The position numbers were made by a program, and so were the translations under genes. DNA of 56,275 nt, filler included, from Catajapyx aquilonaris (Eukaryota): assembly GCA_000934665.2 (NCBI GenBank). It is 3 parts of 3 records of this genome, joined end to end, with 100 filler letters (N's around TTAATTAATTAA, not from the genome) between each part and the next. Parts side by side here need not be neighbours in the genome. Positions count along the whole stretch, not along the records: positions 37,554 to 56,275 come from KZ539571.1; 2 more parts are not named here. One strand, written 5' to 3'. Shown here piece after piece: positions 46,076 through 56,275 of this stretch; positions within the stretch are counted from its first letter, which is position 1, and the number at the start of each line of letters is the position of its first letter. The notes beneath the pieces are model-generated. The model had not been told where the DNA came from and did no database searches. It was given only the letters and a program-made list of their open reading frames with translations.

Positions 46076-48347
46076 TGGAAATGAAGCGACTTGCTAATCA
46101 AATGAGATATTTGGAGGTGTGCTTAATATTTGTTATTTTTGATGGAAATCGATTTTATTCGGTCGTAATTACGAGGTCCCAATTTCTCATGGCATTTTTA
46201 AAAGTTTAGTTCCGAAAGGGGAGCCTGTAGCTCTTCATTTGTGTCTGATTTGGAACACGTTCAGTTGGTACGCGTGTGGCAGATAGAAGCGGCAACGCAG
46301 CAATGGTCCGGGCCAATTATCGCGTAGCAGTATGTGACGTCATTGCCAGGTGGATTCGAATCATTCGATTACATTATTATATTATAATATTATAACTATA
46401 TAAACTAATATAACGGTTCTGACGTCTGACAAACACCCCCGCCAAACGAAAATCCTGTGTGAGCCATTGTAAAAACCATCATACTAACTTGCACTCATAT
46501 TTCGCGGTCGTATGCAACAGTATCTCGCTACCGTAAACAACTCTGTGTTGCCACTCCCTCACTGGAGTGGAGCAATGTGACGTCACTGGATCATTTTCGG
46601 ATCGTTTTTCAGCAATACAAATTGAAAGAGCACGGTGAGGTAGGTTTTTCTTTTTGCGGTTGCGATCAGTATATAATTCCCGACATATTCCACATTAAAT
46701 GGTAAAATTCTCATTTACTTATGATTTTTTTGTGGACTATTGAAAATTCTGCCATAAGGGCCCATGTTAAATCGCGAACTTCTGAGCCCTCCAGTTAGCT
46801 AATTTGCACGGTGACGTGTATTTTTCTTTGCACCATTGATAAGAGGACACAAAACTGCGTAACATATGTTTTTTTCATCAAATTCTCATTAAGTGACTCT
46901 AGCTTCATTTCCACCTTATGTCTGGCACATGTTTCCGAGGTATTCAAGGTCCATTACTTTACACTGCGTTCATTTCACTGCCCGTCACTAATACGAATGA
47001 CATACGAGTAATTACATTAATACCCCAGTAATATTTTAGTTCGACTAGACGTTTCAATGGTTTATATTCACATCGAAACTTCTAAATTATGCAAGTATTA
47101 TGCAATTCCATTTTGCTCGTTAAATGTATTAATTATTACAGGGCCTGTCATTTCAAATACGCCCAATATCACGTTGAAGCACGATCCACGCGTGAATGTA
47201 GTAATATATAAATAGCCCTAATTATTAACTTGCAATAATATTTTGGTCAATGCTACTGTACATGGAAGATTTATCAATTCCAGCCATGACTTATGATATC
47301 AATATGTTGCAGTTAAATAAATTGCTATATTATTTACGCATGGGCAACACATATAACTTACAGTCTGACACAATGGTGTCCAGGTGCTCAGGACGGCCAA
47401 GGACATGGTTGAGGCTAATGGTGATTGCCTAAGTGCAAGGTTATTTATCCCAGATATGCCTGAAAGATTTTTGTTTAAATTTTGATTTTTGTTTGTTTTT
47501 ATTAGTTCATAAGGGTCCCCAAAACACAGCAAAAATGATAAAGAAAATTATGGAATGCTAGATTGCAAGAAAAGGGCCGTCCGTCCAGTGCATTTAGTCG
47601 ATATTCACCCACAACCTGGACATTTAGAGTTACTAAACGAAATTTGGGATATATGTTCAATTGGGCCCCCTGAACAATATCTGAAAGTTCCCAAGTGATC
47701 CCTCATGGGATTACCCTGCAATCCTGCAAAAACTGTAACATACGGTACCTGCAGTTTTCCTTGAACCCGCATAGAAAGTGAACGCATGGACTTGGACACT
47801 CATTTCTTTTTACAAATTACTTGTTTTGACGTGTGTTGTCATTTAGAAAAAAGTGCCAACGATTTTGATATAAACTTAATTATGTTAACCTGCAAAACCT
47901 ATTCATTACCTCGAATTTTCTGGAACGCACGTAGGAAGGGGGCGGGTTGTCTTATAGACCGAATTTCTTTTTCCATAGTCCTTGTTTTGATTGTATCGCT
48001 TCATTTAGAGCCAGTGGCGATGGTTTGGGTGCCTGGATAGCCTGCAGATTACCTGTAAAGTTCTTTGAACTCCACCCAAACGGACACACATTGTTGTATA
48101 AGCACGGGATGTTTTTTTTCAATTGAAGGGTCATCTGCAATACCCAGGTAAGTGGACTTGCCTGGTTTATAGGCTTTTCGCTTTAAAACGATGGAGAATA
48201 TTCTTAACTACCTACTGCAGAGATCTCTAAGGCCGATGTGGCTCGTTTATGTGGTAAAAAAGGCCAATCACACAAGCCTTGCACCTGTATCTGCATTGCC
48301 ATAGAAAGCTGAAAGCAGGTCTGTCCATCTGTCCATGTGAGATAATA

Positions 48348-48965
48348 CAGTAAAACTTCTCTAAGTCGAATCTCCATGGGACCGGAAAAAACGTCGAGTT
48401 ATAGAAGATTCCAGTTTGAGAAGTTTGGCTTTTTTGAAGCACATAAGACATAACCCTATAAGGAAAACTAACCTTTATATCCAGCGACGAAAGGTGTTCA
48501 CAACTTAAAAATAACTGTTCGCCTGTTCCTATCACACTTACAATGTTCTTCGTTGTTTTGTTGTAAAAAAATCTCCGTTATGGACATTTGCCTGCTCTTA
48601 GATTCAAGGATTCAATAAATTGTCACAATCGAGTCAAACACTTCTTTCGGTACGTCTGGTAGATGTAGATCAGGAAATTGAGCCTTCCTGTACATGTGGC
48701 CTACTCTCGACCCTTCGGCTGGGAAATGAGACAATTTTCCGTACTCGCCAACATGAACTTGGACTTAGGGAGACTGAAAATGCATTGATATCCCATCGTA
48801 AGGCCCTGCCTGCACTTCGAGTTATGGAGAACTTCGAGTTATAGAAATTCGAGTTAGGGAAGTTTATTTCCTATTCTTTTACATTGTGGCCAACCAAGCT
48901 CATCATTTTCTTCGACTTATAGAGAACTTCGACTTAGGGAAGTTCGACTTATAGAAGTTTTACTG
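48348..48965. mobile_element. pogo/Tigger-like MITE nested in the long-TIR element
   Basis: TA|CAGTAAAACTTCT(C/A)TAAGTCGAA...TTCGACTTATAGAAGTTTTACTG|CA, with internal TTCGAGTTA/TTCGACTTA repeats. Confidence 0.82.
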
Positions 48966-49576
48966 CAACCAAAAGTCAAATGTTCACCCAACATGTTTCT
49001 AGAAAACCGAAATTTGGAACATATGGTTGAATTCTGTCAAGGTCTAAGTGACACATTTTAAAACCCCGCTAGTGTCAATATAGGTCACGAGCAAGTACGA
49101 GGTCAAAAATGACGACTCTTCCATTTTGATGCTTGCAATAACCCGATTATTTCAGTAACTGTGCATGAAACAGTACATGAAAAAGGTGGCTTTCAATTCT
49201 AAACGGTATGCATAATCCGGTGATAACAGACAAAAAATATCCGATTAGAATAAATTATTACGTGCCATGGTGGCAAGTCAAAGTTCGTGACCCTTGACAC
49301 GAGCCTATAATAGACTTGAAATTTCAGAACATTTTTGAAGTAATCCCCTATTCATAACTTTTCAGTTGCGTATGTTTCATTGTTTCATTCTTTTTGCTGC
49401 GCGGGAGGCTTGAGGCTAGTCACTGGGACGAGATGACCATTTTCACTTTTCCATCCCCAATCTGTTGGGTACAAGGTTCGCTCTTCTCCATTTCTGCACG
49501 CTGCACCTGTAGACGGTATGTCCTAAAAGAATGTTGCCATGCTGCCGCGGATGTGGGAGGAAGTGTGCCAAGATCA

Positions 49577-49738
49577 AAGTTCGGACCACATTTGAGAGGA
49601 AATTCGGACATATCTTGGACAAAATTTGGACCACATTGTTAACAAAATTTGTGTCACATTTGAGAAGCAATTGGGACATATTTTGGAGAAAATTGGGACC
49701 ACATTTGAGATAATACTTGGACCACATTTTGGACGAAA
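49577..49738 (+). repeat. Degenerate ~23-bp tandem repeat
   Basis: About 7 units related to GGACCACATTTGAGA..AAATT. Confidence 0.7.
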
Positions 49739-50928
49739 GGGCCACATTGTGATTTTTGAAAGATTAAAAGGCACCTACTGCAATGCACAAATATATGTGT
49801 GGAAATTGTGTTGGACTGTAGTAGGCCATGGGTGCGGTAACCTCAACAACGCCACTGATGAGGACATGGATGACGACGACCCTGATGGTGAATTACAAGA
49901 TGTGGACTTTTTTGGAAGCAGATGCAGACCTGGCTCCACAGCCGTCTCATTTAAACGTTAAAAATTACGTAGCTTCCCTTGTAGTCCAAGATTTAAGAAA
50001 GTAAATTTTCCATGATCAATTTAAGGAATAAACAGTGTTAGTAAAATGTTCTCCGCTGTAATTTTTTACACTCATCTCTGAATAGAATGATTCATTCTCG
50101 CCGGTCTAAACAGAAACAGACGACAATATATTATTGAGAAAAAATCCCGTGCTTATACAACAATGTGTGTCCGTTTGGGTGGAGTTCAAGGAGCTTTACA
50201 GGTAATCTGCAGGCTATCCAGGCACTCAAACCATCGCCACTGACTCTAAATGAAGCGATACAATCAAAACAAGGACTATGAAAAAAGAAATTCGGTCTAT
50301 AAGAAAACCCGCCCCCTTCCTGCGTGCGTTCCAGAAAATTCGAGGTAATGAATAGGTTTTGCAGGTTAACATAATTAAGTTTATATCAAAATCGTTGGCA
50401 CTTTTTTCTAAATGACAACACACGTCAAAACAAGTAATTTGTAAAAAGAAGTGAGTGTCCAAGTCCATGCGTTCACTTTCTATGCGGGTTCAAGGAAAAC
50501 TGCAGGTACCGTATGTTACAGTTTTTGCAGGATTGCAGGGTAATCCCATGAGGGATCACTTGGGAACTCTCAGATATTGTTCAGGGGGCCCAATTGAACA
50601 TACGAGTATATCCCAAATTTCGTTTAGTAACTCTAAATGTCCAGGTAATATGCTATTTGCACTGGACGGCAAATGTAACCTCTAGTATGTCTATAATGTA
50701 CAAGGAAAACGTAAGATATAGGCTGCTGTATTGAAATAAAGATGAAAGTTAAAAAAATTCCTTGAAAAATACAGAGAAGGAATCTTATAGCTAATACCCA
50801 ATGTCCTATACAGGTGGCCTGTATATTGGACATCTTATTTGGCAATAAGTGATTGCAACAAAAATATGAAATTCTGAAAAATGGCTTCTACACCTCCACT
50901 ACAGAAGGTTATTTCAAAGTATTACTAA

Positions 50929-51076
50929 GGGCCAGTTGCACCGGCCTCAGTATAACTTAGAACCTCGGGTATAACAAGAATTGCCATAGCAATCATTGTT
51001 GGTCAACAATGATTGCTATGGCAATTCTTGTTATACCCGAGGTTCTAAGTTATACCGCGACTGGTGCAACCGGCCC
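50929..51076. mobile_element. PIF/Harbinger (Tourist-like) foldback MITE
   Basis: TAA|GGGCC(A/G)GTTGCACC...GGTGCAACCGGCCC|TAA; almost entirely palindromic. Confidence 0.9.
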
Positions 51077-51237
51077 TAAATAATTGCACATATGGCTTCT
51101 CGGGTCTCAGGAGGTGAGGAGGGTATAACGGAAACGTGTTCATTGCGGAATTTTAGAGTCACGTGCTATTCAGATATGTACACGTTTCGCTGTATATAAA
51201 TATACAGTGAATCCTATCCATAACGAATCATGTGTAT

Positions 51238-52027
51238 ATTAGATCAAAAACTTCTCCTTCAGTAAAAAAAAAAGAAGTAAGACCTCCGCGGCGGAATGAA
51301 AGTACTGAAACAAGGCAGGCGCACGTAAGACCTTCACCAATTGATTTAAGCTGTACCATAGGTCTTACTCAAGCAATTACCAATTTACTACTCATGAAAT
51401 CTCCTTTCTGAAAACAAATTTGTAGAATTTCTGTCGTACTACTAGTTACTTCTAACTTCGTAGTACCAGTGTAGTGCAATGGTACTGCTAAGTTAGCAGT
51501 AACCACAGACCTATAGTTAATAGTAATAGTAGTACGACGAAAATTCCACCCATTAATTTTCCATGAGCCACTCCATATGAGTGTTTTATGAAACTAGGAA
51601 CTTCAATATTAAGCACATTGAATTTCTTTGCAATTAGTGAGAATTATTGCCATGAAACATTCATGCAGAATCGTCACCTCTTTTAGATGCTGATTTTAAC
51701 TCTAACGTTTATTTTTTCACATATAAACATTAATTGGTGAATTTTAGAGGGTCTTTTTCGATTGGACCAAGTCTGTAGAATGGGCTTAGTTTCCCCCCCA
51801 TTTTTTTCTTTTCATAATAAAATCCTACCTGCTGCTCTGAGTAGTTTGCAGCAGTCATTTTACGAGCCGTTCCATACCGTACTTGAGAATTGCTTGAGTA
51901 AGACCTATGGTACAGCTTAAATCAATTGGTGAAGGTCTTACGTGCGCCTGCCTTGTTTCAGTACGTTTATTCCGCCGCGGAGGTCTTACTTCTTTTTTTT
52001 TACTGAAGGGGAAGTTTTTGATCTAAT
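51238..52027. mobile_element. Non-autonomous TIR element with ~140-bp TIRs, related to 38193-39520
   Basis: 51238-51378 is the reverse complement of 51888-52027. Shares GTAAGA(C/T)CT, TACTGAAACAAG and TTCACCA motifs with 38193-39520. Confidence 0.88.
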
Positions 52028-52240
52028 TTCAGTTCTTTTTTGAAAGTACACATAACTTATGCTCTACACTATACAGTCAGCACTATGAATGCATTGGAGA
52101 CGATTTTCGTCGCTTAGAAGTCCCTAAAATTATTTTCACAGAGACAGTCGTAAAAAAACCAAAGTCGAGTGCTACCAGCCAACGGTTAGTCTGCTTTAAT
52201 TATTATGAAATAGCCTATACGCTAAAATATACGGAATATA

Positions 52241-52764
52241 TACATTGAGAACTGTACCAGACGAATTTGCTGAAATCGCGGTACTTTGCAAGAATTCAAT
52301 CAATAATATAATCGGCGGCTTGCCTCCGACACATCTGAAAATTCCCAACCGTACTTAATTTTCGCGAAATGCAACGATTTCAGCAAATCAGTTCGTCTGG
52401 CACGTTACAATAAAATACGCAAGTACATGTCTGCAAAACCTGCGCTACGAACAGACAGTATGTCTGTGTTTGCATGGAAATGCCCAGGACATGTATCTTT
52501 TCCAATTCCCGGACCCGCGGAAACCAAAACTAGGCAACTGTCACCAATGTCACTTACAACATTATTCGGGGCAACCCTTCAATTATTATCTACACTGAGA
52601 ACCGTACCACTAGTACCAGCCGAATTTACTGAAATCGTGGAACTTTCTAAGAATTAAATCAATACTATATGTGTGGCTTGCCTCTGTCACATCTAAAAAC
52701 TCCCGAACTTATTTAATTTTCAACGATTGCAGCAAATATTAGTCTGGCACATTTCTCAAGGTAG
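52241..52764. mobile_element. Two adjacent diverged copies of a ~165-bp MITE (52241-52403 and 52591-52764)
   Basis: Both read TACA(C/T)TGAGAAC..CCAG(A/C)CGAATTT.CTGAAATCG ... CGATT.CAGCAAAT..GTCTGGCAC. Confidence 0.65.
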
Positions 52765-52873
52765 ATATTCCGCATACTGTAACATAATTTCATAATTATA
52801 TCAGCTTAAGATTGGCCGGTATTACCTGGCGATGGCAATATAGCAGGGAGCGAACGGGGTTAATAGTAGGCTA

Positions 52874-53303
52874 CAGTTGAACCCGGATACAACAAACTTC
52901 AAGAGACTGCGGAAAAAGTCTGTTATAGCCGAGGTCTGTTATAGCCGAATCGTCACGCAACGTAAACATAAAATTCTGCTTTCAATATGGCTGTACTATG
53001 CGCTACTAGACTACATACCGATTAATGAAATCTGTCACAAATGCAATATTGGCTCACCCGAAAATTATGCAGGACCAAAATATCCGAAATTTCCTTCTGC
53101 CGTCTCCTTTTTGCAAATTTTATACCTGGAAAACAATATTTTCCCACCGAGAGTCCACGAAATGGTCTGTTATACCGGAGGTGAGGTGAAAATGAGTCTG
53201 TTACATCAGGAGTGCAAATACACAGTGCCTAATGGAATCATGCCGGGACGGCCTTTATAACCAAGTCTGTTATAGCCGAGGCTGTTATATCCGGATTCAA
53301 CTG
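52874..53303. mobile_element. pogo/Tigger-like MITE
   Basis: TA|CAGTTGAA(C/T)CCGGATA...TATCCGGATTCAACTG|TA with internal GTTATAGCCGA repeats. Confidence 0.87.
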
Positions 53304-55072
53304 TAATAATCTGTAATAAGTGCAATGAGTTCACACCAGCGGTAGGGTAACATTTCGATAATAACAATTTGGCTAGTGGGTAAACAAGAATTGACGTTTC
53401 TAGGTGATGGCATAATGAACAAATGAATTAATGACAGAAAAAATAAGAGGTAAAAAAATCACAGCTCCAATCCTGTAGCAGTGGGAACTGTAAGATTTTG
53501 AACATAGATCCGCACCATCCCACTGCACCTTCGGCCCGTTGAAGAAGGAACCGAATTCCGAATAGTTATTGAGAAAAAAAATATAGACTTTTTATTTGGT
53601 AGTTTTAAATATTTTGCGGCGTTTTGGAGAGGAATTGAGTAAAAGTGTAAATGGTAGGAAATCAAGTCACGACGGTGGGCATCTGTGTTCAAAATTTGGA
53701 AGCTCTACCTACAGTAGAACTTGAGTTAGGGCGAATAAAAAAAAACGTAACAAGAACAAGAAGAAGAAGAAGTAGGAAAAATTCATTGTTGAAACATTGT
53801 TGAAATCTATGCTACGGTCTTACTTAAGGGCTATCGCCCTTAAAATAATGGAATCTAGCCTAATGCGGAATTTTTCTGGTAACGGGCGTATGGAAATTAC
53901 ACAATTTCCGCTATATTCGACGCGGAAATCGTGTACTTTCCATACGCCAGTTACCATAAAAAATTCTCAATAGGCAAGTTTCCGTTATACACAGGATCAG
54001 TTGTGGACAGGTTTTATTTCCCATCTAGCTATATTCAGTGAAATCTGCGCATGGCGGAAATGCACGGGATGATAAAATTTTCCGTAATGAGGAAGTTTCC
54101 GCTATATTCGTGTACTTTCCATACGCCCGTTGCCGGAAAAATTCCTAAATATGCAAGTTTCCGCTATGTTCAGGGTCCGTTATGGACAGGATTCACTCTA
54201 GATAAATATGTAGAGAAACCTGTCCATAACGTACCCTGAGTGTTACAAAAACTACTTGTTCATTGCGGAATTTTTCCGGGAACGGGCGTATGCGTAGGAC
54301 GTAAATACCGTGTAGAATAGGCCTATAGCGGAAACGGCTGATATACCATACTTTATGTGTGTATACAGGGTGTATCGGAACTCTACCATAAGCCATGTAC
54401 TCCTCGGTCTCCGTAACTCTCCGAGGCCCGATGCACCCGTAGTGATGGGAAAAAAACGTTATTTTCGCGTAACGATTACAACGTTACCCGTTATTTTAAA
54501 ATATGCGTTATAAATATGCGTTACTGACATTAGCTATTTATAATTGTTATTTAAACGGGTTATAAATAACTAATATAAATAACTGCTATCGACATTAGCT
54601 ATTTATGTAATTACCAAGCGCTGGGCAATTTTTCATGGCTCCAGCCGGTTGTAATCGAATCTATAAAGAAAAACAGTTAATAATAATTACAATTTTGACA
54701 TGTTAATCATTATTAACATTCAAATTAACGTTCAAATCTCCAACAACCTCGTCCTATACAGTATATTACTCGACCCTTGTGGGTCACATAAAATTAAGTA
54801 TTCATAGTTGATAAGTGGAAAGTGTGGGGGGAAAATATATAACATAACTTCGCTCATCCGGAAATACCAGATGATAGCGTTCTAAAATTTACAATATGCT
54901 GTTTCGGATTTCAATAATAATAGTGCGGAAAAAAACCTGCATTGAAACATTAGTGTCATCTACAAGTATAGAAAGCAAAATAGACAATGATAGACCATTC
55001 AGACCTTCCAAAGTCATATGCGACCAAAAATTTGGGAATGTTTTATTTAAACACATTTTTTCGTTCGTCTAA

Positions 55073-55183
55073 GGCCCGGTTGTGTATGAATATGAGTTAA
55101 GGTTAACTACGGAATTAAGCACTTGTTTACATGTACGCTAACTCCATAGTTAACTCTTTAACTCCTGTTTATACAACCAGCCC
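55073..55183. mobile_element. Degenerate Harbinger-like MITE
   Basis: TAA|GGCCCGGTTGTGTA...TATACAACCAGCCC|TAT with imperfect arms. Confidence 0.55.
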
Positions 55184-55225
55184 TATGAGAAAGAAGTATT
55201 CCACAACGAATATACGAAAAAATCG

Positions 55226-55228
55226 TAT

Positions 55229-55275
<47 letters not shown>
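55226..55275 (+). repeat. (TATT)n microsatellite
   Basis: About 12 units. Confidence 0.95.
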
Positions 55276-55276
<1 letters not shown>

Positions 55277-55451
55277 TGCAAACGTTTTCCATAACGTATA
55301 TGCTATATAATAAACGGTTTCATGAAAAAAGAACCAAAAGTGCGACACAAACTCGTTGCAAAATAAGGAATAAATACAAAGAAACTGTTTCCGAAAGCAT
55401 TACTCCAATCTCCAACCCGTTACAAAAGAACGAATACCGGTATGAAAAGAA

Positions 55452-55845
55452 ACGTTTTCAAAAGCGTTACTCGAATACGTTACAAAATAACGATTACCAA
55501 AAAAAGTTTTCAAAAGCGTTACTCGAATACGTTACAAAATAACTATTACCAAAAAACCGTTTTCAAAAGCGTTACTCGAATACGTTACAAAATAACGATT
55601 ACCAAAAAACGTTTTCAAAAGCGTTACTCGAATACGTTACAAAATAACGAATACAAAATAACGTTTCTTAGTATGCGTTATTTTGTAACGTATTCGAATA
55701 ACGCATATTTTCAACAGAAATAAGTAATCGTTATTTTGTAACGTATTCGAATAACGCATATTTTAACAGAAATAAGTAATCGTTATTTTGTAACGTATTC
55801 GAATAACGCATATTTTCAGCAGAAATAAGTAATCGTTATTTTTTT
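55452..55845. repeat. Minisatellite with ~52-54-bp units: about 4 forward then 3 inverted
   Basis: Units containing TCGAATACGTTACAAAATAAC (55452-55650) are followed by units containing CGTTATTTTGTAACGTATTCGA (55676-55845). Confidence 0.85.
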
Positions 55846-55869
55846 GCATGCGTTACTTTTTGATATGCG

Positions 55870-56275
55870 TTATTTATTTATTTATTTATTTGGGATCCCC
55901 CTTGAGACCAGTTGGTCAATGCAGGGGGAGGAGATCTCCTCCATTTTTCTAACTTTACAATCTCACCGGTGCAGGGACAGGGAAGGGATAGGGAGGGAGG
56001 AACGAAGGTGCAGTGCATTGTCCTGTGGTGGGGGCCGTGTGCAGTCCCTCAGGGGGCCAAGCTGAAGACACCCCGCTAGGCCCGGCCAGAAGTCCCCCAC
56101 CGAACACCTCGCCTCCTCCAGGGCAGGGAAAGGACGGAAGCGGCTGTGGCCTATTTAACGGTACGATCCGGGGATTTCCCTGAAGCGACCTTGGAAAACC
56201 ACAGAAAACCAAGGTCAGGACCGCCGGCCTCCGGGACTCGAACCCAGGACCTCCCGATTCGCAGTCGGACACCAT
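55870..56275 (-). mobile_element. tRNA-derived SINE related to family A, copy 4, long tail plus (TAAA)n; head cut by the window edge
   Basis: Reverse complement shows GTCCGACTGCGAATCGGGAGGTCCTGGGTTCGAGTCCC and core GGTTTTCTGTGGTTTTCC...GGCCACAGCCGCTTCC; (TTTA)n at 55870-55890. Confidence 0.87.

Larger units (their letters stand above)
47581..50669. mobile_element. Non-autonomous DNA transposon with ~540-bp TIRs
   Basis: 47581-48123 and 50133-50669 are near-identical inverted repeats, confirmed by mirror ORFs in the track (47786+/50226-, 47605-/50455+). No transposase was recognised inside. Confidence 0.88.
54440..55870. mobile_element. hAT-like non-autonomous element with GTAACG/CGTTAC subterminal arrays; right end interrupted by a SINE
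   Basis: Left end TAGTGATGGGAAAA...GTAACG; many CGTTA motifs at both ends; right TIR not visible. Confidence 0.55.

Noticed and set aside
47605..50685. Duplicated ORFs MDLDTHFF... and MSKSMRSL... as paralogous genes
   Set aside because: They are mirror translations of the long TIRs.
55452..55845. CRISPR-like repeat-spacer array (also 49577-49738)
   Set aside because: Eukaryotic context, the spacers are themselves repeated, and there are no cas genes.

Overview
Eukaryotic, most likely arthropod/insect, genomic DNA from a draft assembly. Two artificial 100-nt spacers (N44-TTAATTAATTAA-N44 at 18686-18785 and 37454-37553) split it into three segments whose adjacency cannot be verified from sequence. 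Segment 1 (1-18685) is mostly intron-like and holds two + strand exons of an AMPA-type ionotropic glutamate receptor (GluRIA-like). Segment 2 (18786-37453) holds a 5'-incomplete ARGLU1 gene (+, 4 exons) facing a complete 9-coding-exon TTLL3/8-type tubulin glycylase gene (-, about 1173 aa). Segment 3 (37554-56275) is almost entirely nested transposon debris, plus an intronless USP (peptidase C19) fragment and a P-element transposase remnant. The best leads are: (1) a premature-stop cassette exon in the ARGLU1 intron equivalent to the autoregulatory human intron 2; (2) a tRNA-SINE family with one head and core but four different 3' tails, one of which is shared with a V-domain SINE; (3) three mosaic non-autonomous Helitrons; (4) a cluster of six upstream ATGs and a possible X-box 5' of TTLL3; (5) the compact USP ORF. 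All family assignments come from recognising motifs by eye, not from database searches.
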